A DNA stretch of 64,000 nucleotides, taken from contig CAVYVX010000016.1 of assembly GCA_963772155.1 (NCBI GenBank), forward strand, positions 8,469 through 72,468. Direction: 5' to 3'. Under the pieces are notes generated by a model that made no database searches, had not been told where the DNA came from, and saw nothing but the letters and a program-made list of their open reading frames with translations. This document shows positions 17,603 to 25,800 of this stretch, in pieces; the stretch's first letter is position 1; each line of letters begins with the position of its first letter. Both the position numbers and the translations under genes were made by a program. This DNA is from an uncultured Acidobacteriaceae bacterium (GTDB lineage: Bacteria > Acidobacteriota > Terriglobia > Terriglobales > Acidobacteriaceae).

Positions 17603-17769
17603 ATAGAAACTGTGTGAGAACTACGATTTCAGAGTCGCGGGAGAATGGACCTAACGCTTTTCAGGCGCGAAGCGCCATAAGAATGCAGCCCACGGCGTCA
17701 GCCGTGGGTTCAAGTGGAAAAGCAACAAGCCCCAGCGGGGCGAAAGATGAGTTCTCACACAGTCTCTAT
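17603..17769. mobile_element. MITE-like element with 20-bp terminal inverted repeats
   Basis: ATAGAAACTGTGTGAGAACT (17603-17622) against AGTTCTCACACAGTCTCTAT (17750-17769), 1 mismatch. Internal hairpin CCCACGGCGTCAGCCGTGGG. Confidence 0.65.
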
Positions 17770-18128
17770 ATCACCACGAGTGACCAGCAAGCCTCAAGCG
17801 CCACCGCTGGCGCGCTGATGGAGATTTATTGAGAGTTGCCCACTTTTACGGCTGACTTGTGAAAATGTTTACATAAAGGACGCCTGTTCGCGTCTAAAAT
17901 CAGCCCGGCTCAGTGGTAGCAAGGCTCCAAGTGTGACCACAATCACAGCTTTTGCCTGCTGTTCGCGATCATCACGACTAGGCCCAAACGTGCCATTGCA
18001 CGGGTCCTTGCAAGGCAGGGTAGTGGGTCAGTTTCCTTTTCCACAGGGGGTGGGCTATGATTAGGCCGCCCCGGAAGCCGCGCTTTCCTTCGTTGGCCAA
18101 ATCTAAGCGGCTTCCATCTCGGAGAGCC

Positions 18129-19025
18129 ATGACAATCTGCATAGCAGCCGCTTGCCAAAAAAGCACGAAAAATGACGAGCCGTGCATAGTATTTTGCTGT
18201 GACTGGAAAGCCGAAGTTCCCGAAGTTGGAAGCGCAGAAACGGCGATGAAATTTCGGCACCTATCTGACCAATGGAAGGCATTGATAGCAGGAGACATGT
18301 CGCGGGCAGATGAACTCTGCATTCGGTATGAATCTCGTCTGAAGGAAAACAATTTTAGCGAGGCAAATATGGCAGATGAAGTGCGCTCCGTCTTCCATGC
18401 CTATAAAAAGACACTTGCCGATAGTTATTTGAAATCCACGTTTGGGTTTTCTTTTGATGAACTAATAGCAAAAGGCAAGGATACCTTTGGAGATCATTTC
18501 TTCAGTACGTGCCTTGAACAGATTTCCAGACTCAGAGTGAATGCTGAGTTGATTATCGCTGGCATCACTACAGTTTATGATTACGCAGAAAAACGATTCC
18601 GATCCAGTCCTTTAATTTGTTCGGTGAGTGAAAGCCAAGACGACCCTGTCGCTATAGAAACTGAATTTGCCGTTGTGGGGTCAGGCGGCAATGCTGCTAA
18701 GACTATGTTGTTTTACAGGTCGCAGGAATCCATAGATTCTCTAATGGAAACCGTGTACGCAGTTTATGAAGCAAAGACAATCAGCGAAACAGTACCTGGC
18801 GTTTGTGAGGCTTTATTTTTAGCAGTTCTTTACCCGGATAATACTCTGCTCCAACTATCTGATACAGGATACAAAAGATGCCAAGAACTGTTCACTCGGT
18901 TTGGGCCAAAAAGCAGAGAGATCAAAAAAAGAGACGATTGGTTTAGATTCAAGCCGAACTATTTTGAATCTATCGCTCCCCCAAAGCCCTCGCCACCATC
19001 TCCCGATCCGCCAGAGAAGCCTTGA
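18129..19025 (+). CDS. HslV/proteasome-beta-like Ntn-hydrolase-fold protein (tentative)
   Basis: MTICIAA places Thr right after Met. CCDWKAE, TAMKFRHL..ALIAGD..RADE and AVVGSGGNAA line up with HslV T1, D17, K33 and the GSGG motif. AT-rich codon usage. An alternative ATG at 18057 would add a 24-aa propeptide. Confidence 0.45.
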   Translation: MTICIAAACQKSTKNDEPCIVFCCDWKAEVPEVGSAETAMKFRHLSDQWKALIAGDMSRADELCIRYESRLKENNFSEANMADEVRSVFHAYKKTLADSYLKSTFGFSFDELIAKGKDTFGDHFFSTCLEQISRLRVNAELIIAGITTVYDYAEKRFRSSPLICSVSESQDDPVAIETEFAVVGSGGNAAKTMLFYRSQESIDSLMETVYAVYEAKTISETVPGVCEALFLAVLYPDNTLLQLSDTGYKRCQELFTRFGPKSREIKKRDDWFRFKPNYFESIAPPKPSPPSPDPPEKP

Positions 19026-19872
19026 CCACTGGTTTTGGCAGTAACGCGCACAGTTCCTCAATACTCCAAATGTGATCCGTCAATCCCGCCTGCATCGCTG
19101 GCGTGACGCGCAAGGTCTGGTGAATTCGGCAGAAATTGTAGTGCATGTAGTGCAGTGCAACCGAGTAACGGTGATTGTCTATTTTCTTGCTAAATCCATT
19201 CGTTAGTCGCGTGAATCGCCGCATCTGCATCCGCATCGTGAGGTTCTGGCGCTCAACAAAACTGGTGCTGACGTGCTTTGGATCGGGATTCCCGCTCACA
19301 ACCTTCATGTCGCAACCGATGCACTTCGCTGGCGAATACTGGCGTTCGCCGTCCATCGCAGCACCGTAGATTTTCTGCAACTGCGCGTAGTCAATGTCAG
19401 CGCCGAAGGCATTCTCTACAGCTTCCAAGTATGCTTTGTGGCCGTCCGTGGTGATCTGTACGCGGTTCCTGATTCGGCTGGCGCAATCTTCCATGAAGTC
19501 TCTAGCCCATCCGCCGTCACGTCCGCCCACGAGGTACGCGACAACCAGCTTCGTGTCCGCATCAATTCCTACCCACGTCCAAACGTCGCCCCAGCCCTCC
19601 TGTTTTTTCTCTGCGCTGACGTTCTTCGCCTTCGCTCCGACGAAGCACCAGATTTCATCCGCCTGTAAACGGCGTACTTTGAGATTGGTGACGTAGCGAT
19701 TATGATAGGCAGCGCACGCACAGCCAATATCGGCTAGGAGTTTCGCAACGGTGTTCTTCGCCACTCCGGTCATGCGAACTGTGGCGCGAATCGAACAGCC
19801 CTCAATCAAGCAATTGACCACTCTGGCGCGGGTTTCAGTGTTCAAGCAATTCATAATGACCCTTTGTACCAT
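18970..19872 (-). CDS. DDE transposase, IS1-family-like (single ORF)
   Basis: DEIWCFVGAK..WTWVGIDADTKLVV..ITTDGHKAY..SFVERQNLTMRMQMRRFTRLTNGFSKK..YNFCRIHQTLRVTPAM. A second ATG at 19854 (MNCLNTE) is the likelier start. I found no clear terminal IRs. Confidence 0.65.
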   Translation of the reverse strand: MVQRVIMNCLNTETRARVVNCLIEGCSIRATVRMTGVAKNTVAKLLADIGCACAAYHNRYVTNLKVRRLQADEIWCFVGAKAKNVSAEKKQEGWGDVWTWVGIDADTKLVVAYLVGGRDGGWARDFMEDCASRIRNRVQITTDGHKAYLEAVENAFGADIDYAQLQKIYGAAMDGERQYSPAKCIGCDMKVVSGNPDPKHVSTSFVERQNLTMRMQMRRFTRLTNGFSKKIDNHRYSVALHYMHYNFCRIHQTLRVTPAMQAGLTDHIWSIEELCALLPKPVVKASLADREMVARALGER

Positions 19873-20009
19873 AGCCGCTTAAGCATGTCAAGAGAAAAAT
19901 GCTATAATTATCACAAGAAGTTCGCCTTCCCCGTGCGGCCCGGAATTTTGCTCTTGTTCTATACTGCTTTTAGAGAGATAATTCGCGCCGAACGCATTGG
20001 GAGGAGTTT

Positions 20010-20252
20010 ATGGCCTTGGAAAAAGAACTCGCGACGTACAAGAGCAAACTCCCCGAATTGAAGGGCAGTGAGGGCAAATTCGTCCTCATTCATGGTGATG
20101 ACGTAGTTGATACATTTACCAGCTACGAGGACGCCATCAAAGAAGGGTACGCTCGTTTCAAACTGGAACCGTTTCTTGTTAAGCAGATACAGGCGATTGA
20201 ACAGGTACAGTTTGTCACTCGCCTCATAGCGCCGAGCTGCGCTACAACTTAA
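20010..20252 (+). CDS. small conserved hypothetical protein, upstream partner of the retropepsin-like gene
   Basis: GGGAGGAG RBS. MALEKELATYKSKLPELKGSEGKFVLIHGDDVVDTFTSYEDAIKEGY.. The stop overlaps the next start as TAATG. Confidence 0.55.
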   Translation: MALEKELATYKSKLPELKGSEGKFVLIHGDDVVDTFTSYEDAIKEGYARFKLEPFLVKQIQAIEQVQFVTRLIAPSCATT

Positions 20253-20695
20253 TGCCACATTTTACCCGGCAGTTGACAAACAACGCGCCTATCATCACCG
20301 CCGTGTTGCGCGTGACACAAGCCCGTGCCGACGCTTTGGCGGCTGTTCAGCAACAAGTACCTCAGCCGCAACGAATGAATGCGATGGTTGATACCGGCGC
20401 GAGTTGCACTTGCGTAGACCCCGCAATTATTCAATCACTGGGTCTGTCTCCTACTGGCAGCACTCTAATGTTCACTCCTTCAACGGGAGCGCAAGGGCAC
20501 ATCACCGATCAATTCGATGCGAGTCTCCAGATTTACCGTACCACTGAGGAACCGCCTTTAGAAATCCCTGTCATAGCGGTAGTGGCTTCTGATTTACGTG
20601 CCCAAGGAATTGACGCATTGATTGGGCGGGATGTATTGCAGCATTGCTTGCTTTCATACAATGGTCAGGAAGGTTTTTTCACGCTAGCTTTTTGA
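20252..20695 (+). CDS. retropepsin-like (clan AA) aspartic protease
   Basis: MVDTGAS (the D-T/S-G catalytic motif) and ALIGRDVL (retropepsin flap/dimer motif). Confidence 0.65.
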   Translation: MPHFTRQLTNNAPIITAVLRVTQARADALAAVQQQVPQPQRMNAMVDTGASCTCVDPAIIQSLGLSPTGSTLMFTPSTGAQGHITDQFDASLQIYRTTEEPPLEIPVIAVVASDLRAQGIDALIGRDVLQHCLLSYNGQEGFFTLAF

Positions 20696-21007
20696 TTTCT
20701 TCCACCGCGCCCTAGCAGCCTTCGTCGCTACTTTGCTGCGCTCTGCCCTTGTCATGGTCTTCATTCGCCGTTTCCCGCCGATCTGACCGCCCTTGCGCCC
20801 GATTGCAGCCATGTACGCGGAGAGATCAGGAGGTGCGGCTATTGGCGGTTCTGGTGGGCCTTGCGGCGGCTCTGGTGTCTCGCTTGTCGAGTGGTCTACA
20901 ATCCACTTCGCAAGCTGGTTTGGGTCACGCGGACGTTTGCCCTTGCCGATGGTCACGAAACCATCATGCCACAATCGGGATGCTAAAGCGAGGCTGTGAA
21001 TATCCAA
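20684..21007 (-). CDS. small basic hypothetical protein (KRPRDPNQLAK... GRKGG...ARW tail)
   Basis: Likely GTG start at 20954-20956 (VTIGKGKRPRDPNQLAKWIVD). No function recognised. Confidence 0.45.
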   Translation of the reverse strand: MDIHSLALASRLWHDGFVTIGKGKRPRDPNQLAKWIVDHSTSETPEPPQGPPEPPIAAPPDLSAYMAAIGRKGGQIGGKRRMKTMTRAERSKVATKAARARWKKSKS

Positions 21008-21060
21008 ACTGACCCACTACCCAAGGCAGGCATAATTGGCGACAAGATGATTGAGGATCT

Positions 21061-21582
21061 ATGATGAAAATTTCTGTTCTTCTTGTACTCTGTCTGATGT
21101 TGAGTGCCTTCAGCGTTGCTCAAGAATTCCCACAGGTAGAGGTATTTGGCGGCTACTCATACATGCGTTTCGCAAACGCACTTAACCTCAACGGCTGGAA
21201 TGGTGCAATGCAGTATAACGTCAACCGCACGGTTGGGATCAAAGCAGATGTCAGTGGTCATTACGACACTCCTTATGGTGCTCTCAATTCCTACAGTTTT
21301 CTCTTTGGGCCTGTGTTTTCCACTCGAGTTGAAGGGTTCACCCCCTTTCTCCATGCGCTTGCTGGTGCGAACCGGATTAGCACAAGCATTGACGGGCTAA
21401 GTGCCTCTGACACCGCTTTTGCGATGGCGTTTGGCGGCGGTGTGGACATAAAAGTGGCTCACCGTTTTTCCGTCAGGCCGGTACAGGTAGATTACCTTTT
21501 CACGAAGCACTTTACCGCCATGCATCAAAACAACGTCCGCGTGTCCGCTGGCTTAGTATTCGAGCTTGGCGGGTACAAGTAA
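21061..21582 (+). CDS. small outer-membrane beta-barrel protein (OMP_b-brl type)
   Basis: Signal peptide MMKISVLLVLCLMLSAFSVAQ. Alternating aromatic/Gly strands (VEVFGGYSYMRF ... VSAGLVFELGGYK). Confidence 0.65.
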   Translation: MMKISVLLVLCLMLSAFSVAQEFPQVEVFGGYSYMRFANALNLNGWNGAMQYNVNRTVGIKADVSGHYDTPYGALNSYSFLFGPVFSTRVEGFTPFLHALAGANRISTSIDGLSASDTAFAMAFGGGVDIKVAHRFSVRPVQVDYLFTKHFTAMHQNNVRVSAGLVFELGGYK

Positions 21583-22130
21583 TGAGAAGCGTGGGATCGG
21601 CAGTATCGATCAGCCGAGTTTATCTATAACCACATCGCGTGTCCGCCTCTTCGCAGTCCTGCGGTTTTCACCGGGCTGGTATTCACAGCGGGAAACGATG
21701 TTTTCACCGGGTTGTTCTCTGCGGAATCGGCCCGTGCGTCCGCTGCGAAATAAGCGTGAGCGTCGCGTCAGAAAAAAATTCAATCTGAATTCCACAATCC
21801 CCCGTGAATGTGGCAAGGCCCTACGTCGGCCAAAAAACTGAGCGCAGCCCACCTAAAGCATTTTCACCAATAGTGTAAGACAAGGCATCTTCACGGTTGC
21901 TGTTGGCCTTGCCGTCGACAATCCCTCAGGGGCTAAAGCCCGCATTTCTGGCGGCCGTTAGCGGCACGCTAAAGCCGTGCCCTTCCCGATTCCGGCTATG
22001 GCTTACAGCAACTCTGAAAATGCTCTAGTGCCGGAGTCCGTAGAATACGGACACCATACGGACACATGGATTCAAGCAAAAAGCTCCGGAAAGAGGGGAA
22101 CGCATAAAACCATCATGGATACTGGATGAA

Positions 22131-22155
22131 GATGGTGAGCGCGGAAGGAATCGAA
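22131..22155. repeat. attL-like direct repeat, a copy of the 3-prime end of tRNA-Lys
   Basis: GATGGTGAGCGCGGAAGGAATCGAA is identical to 28366-28390. The copy does not continue into a foldable tRNA. Confidence 0.75.
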
Positions 22156-22817
22156 TCCGCGCACAAGAGTAGTTTCATACACTTAGACCGCGGCAGATGG
22201 CATCTTTCGCGGCTAATGCCACGCAATTCCGTGTGAACGGCACGGAAACGGCACGGGTACGAACACGCTAATATAAAGCAGCATAGAGCGCAACGGCTCG
22301 CGGAATTGACCGCAAGGCGCGGATGGTATAGGCGCTTATTCCAGGCGGACCTCGCGACCGCACAAGCGGAGCGGTTCATGGCACGGCCTATGGAAATCAG
22401 CCGCGACACGGGAGGCACAAGCGGCGAGCGTGGGCAGGCGAGAGGGAGAACGGGATATTTTTGCGCTAATTTGTGGGGCTAGAGCGGGATTTGTGGTCTG
22501 CCAGTCAAATCGGCTCCCGGCCACTAAACTTGACGGGATTCTGCCAATTGCCAGTTACTCAACCGAGCCTTATTCCCATCCGGCTTTTCCCGCGCTCGTG
22601 ACCTCACATCCTATTATGATATTTCTCCTTGACGATAGTGATTCTTTGGCCTAGCGTGGCCGTGTCGACAGGAAACGAGTTTCCACCTTGGTTTCGCCGA
22701 GCACGCCGGAGCACCCTTTTGCACTGGGCCTCAACCGTCGCGCCCCCTCCCAGGCACCGTTTCCCAGTTCAAAAGGGCGATGTCGAATTCAATTCCATAT
22801 TGGTTAAGGGAAGAGTT

Positions 22818-25800
22818 ATGAATAACTCAGCGCCACATCGCAGATGGATTTCAGGAATACGCGCGGGTGCCCCACAGTCTGCCCTGAGCTTGTCGAAAGG
22901 TCTCGCGCTCTTCGAGAAGTGGGATCGAGTGTGCGCTATCCGCGCGGCGCTGGCGTTGGCGATCTTGCCGTTTACCATTCCAGGACAAGCACAACCATCG
23001 CCACAGGTATTGCACAATCACGTCCGCCCGGTAGTTGCCCGCGGGCAGGCCGTGCCGGTGGGTCATCTTCCCCTCACCCAGCATCTGCAACTCGCCATCA
23101 TGCTGCCGCTCCGCAACCAAGCTGAACTAACCAGCTTGTTGGATCGGCTTTATGACCCCACCAGCCCCGACTACCGTCAATTTCTCAGCGTGGCCCAGTT
23201 CACCAAACGGTTTGGGCCCACGGAGCAGGATTATCAAGCGGTGGTTGATTTCGCCAAGGCCAACGGTTTCAAGGTGACCAACAGGCCACCGAATCGCCTG
23301 CTGGTGGATGTCAACGGCTCGGTCGAGCAAATCAACAAGGCTTTCCATGTGACGATGATGGTCTATCGGCATCCCACGGAGGGCCGTACTTTCTATTCGC
23401 CGAACCGCGAACCCTCGCTCAATCTGAGCGTGCCCGTGTCGCACATCGCCGGGCTGGATAATTTCTCCATACCGCGTCCCATGCTGATGAGAGCACCAGC
23501 AGGGAAGGCGATTCGCAGCAACCTCACCGGCTCGGGTCCGGGCGGTTCCTATCTTGGCAGCGATATGCGGGCGGCCTACTACGGCGGCGCCGCGTTCACC
23601 GGCAATGGTCAGGCGGTCGGACTCTTGGAATTTGGAGGCTACAACCTCAGCGATGTGGATTTGACCTTTACCACTGCCGGACAAGCCGTTCCCAGCGTCC
23701 CCATCAACAACGTGCTACTGGACGGCGCAAGCGGAGGCGCGAACGGCAACGATACCGAAGAGGTGCTGGACATTGTGCAGGCGATTTCCATGGCCCCCGG
23801 CTTGAGCCAGCTCCGCGTCTATATCGGTTCGAGTGACGTGGACATATTTAACCAAATGGCCACGGAGAATCTTTGCCAACAACTGAGCGTTTCGTGGGCC
23901 TGGTATCCGGATGACCCTTCGTCGGACGATCCCATCTTTCAGGAGTTTGCGGCGCAGGGTCAGAGTATTTTCGTCGCTTCCGGGGATTGGGGTTCATACC
24001 CCAGTTCGACCAAACCCTATTATTTCCCTGCGGAAGACGCTTACGTGACGGCCGTCGGCGGGACCGATTTGACCACTACAGGCCCTGGTGGTCCGTGGCT
24101 TTCGGAGACAGCGTGGACACCTGACAGCGGCGGCGGCATCAGCCCCGACGGCATTTTGATTCCGAGCTGGCAGGCAGGGATGGCCAATACCTCGAACGAC
24201 GGTTCCACAACTTATCGCAATGTGCCGGACGTGGCCGCGGAAGCCAATTTCGACAACTACGCCTGCAACATGGGCGTATGCGAAGGAGGTTGGGGAGGCA
24301 CCAGTTTCGCGGCGCCACGCTGGGCTGGCTTTATGACGTTGGTCAATCAGCAGGCGGTGGAGGCAAACAATCCAACCGTGGGTTTCATTAACCCGGCAAT
24401 CTATACGATCGGCGAGGGTTCCAGTTACAACAGCGACCTACACGACATCGTGAACGGGAATAACTGCGATGGTGGCACTCCGTGTTACTACGCCGTTACA
24501 GGCTATGATCTGGTGACAGGATGGGGAAGCCCGAACGGGCAGAATCTGATCAACGCTCTAGCGGGGTTCGCGGCGCCAGGCTTCACGCTTGTGGCTTCGC
24601 CGAGCGGCTTATCCATTGAACAGGGCGCTCTCAGTACAACCACCATCACGGTGCATGACTTAGGAGGATTCACCGACAGCGTTGATATGGCCATCTCTAA
24701 CCTGCCCAGCGGCGTGACCGCACAGTGGGGCACAAATCCAACCACCGAAACCAGTGTGCTTACGCTGACGGCCAGCGGCACGGCCACCCTCGGAACGGCC
24801 TATGTGACTATCACCGGAACCTCTGGAACCTTGGTCACGACCACAACCATTGCTCTAACCGTTATCCCAAACTTTGCACTTTCGGCTAACCCGAGTATTT
24901 TGACTATCCAACAAGGCGTATCCGACACAACCACCATTACGGTAACCGACGTGAGCGGATTCAGCGGCAGTGTAACTCTGGCTGTGTCCGGCCTACCCAA
25001 CGGCGTGACTGCACAGTGGAGCACAAATCCAACCACCGGAACCAGTGTACTTACACTGACGGCCAGCGCCACGGCCGCTCTTGGGACGACAACGGTGACC
25101 ATCACCGGAAGCTCTCCTGGTGTCCAGTCCGCAACCACCACGCTTACTCTCACGGTCATTCCGTTTACGTCCGCCGCCCAAGAGAATATCCTTCTTTCGT
25201 TTAACGGTCTGGACGGCATGACCTCCCTGTCCGGACTCGTGGCTGGACCGTCGGGAAACTTCTATGGAGTCACTTCGATTGGAGGCCATGGAAACTGTGC
25301 CGACTGGGGCGGCGGAGCCGGCTGCGGCACAGTCTATGAACTTACCTCGCCGGCCGAGAGCGGCGGAGCGTGGACCGAAACTGTTCTTTATAACTTTCAG
25401 GGGGGCGCAGATGGCGACGAGGTTGTGGCGAGCTTGATCCTCGACGCGCAAGGCAACCTTTACGGAGTGACTGAACTAGGGGGCGGCGGTAGCTGTACCT
25501 ATGGTTGCGGAACGATATTTGAACTTAGTCCCCCTGCCACGCAAGGGGGCAGTTGGACTAAAACGACTCTATATACATTTCAAGGAGGGATGACAGACGG
25601 TTCTTATCCTGAGGGAACGCTGGTTTTCGACGCAAAGGGAAATCTTTACGGTACTAGCTTTTTTGGCGGCGGCCCGAACTGCGGGGGTTACGGGTGTGGA
25701 ACGGTATTTGAATTGAGTCCCTCGAAAACAGGTGGTGGTTGGAGCGAAACTGCGCTCCATGTTTTTGTCGGACCGGACAACGGCGACGGGTACCTTCCGA

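Noticed and set aside
17903-17920. tRNA-like string GCCCGGCTCAGTGGTAGC
   Set aside because: It resembles a D-arm, but I could not fold a matching acceptor, anticodon or T arm from the flanks.
18900-19995. Terminal inverted repeats for the IS1-like transposase
   Set aside because: Comparison of both flanks gave only an 8-mer match (AAAAGCAG). This is insufficient to define IS ends, so only the transposase gene is reported.
22160-22817. Small ORFs in the left arm of the tRNA-Lys islet (22113-22418, 22336-22524, 22430-22654)
   Set aside because: They are short and mutually overlapping, with no recognisable motifs and no RBS. Most likely non-coding islet arm sequence.
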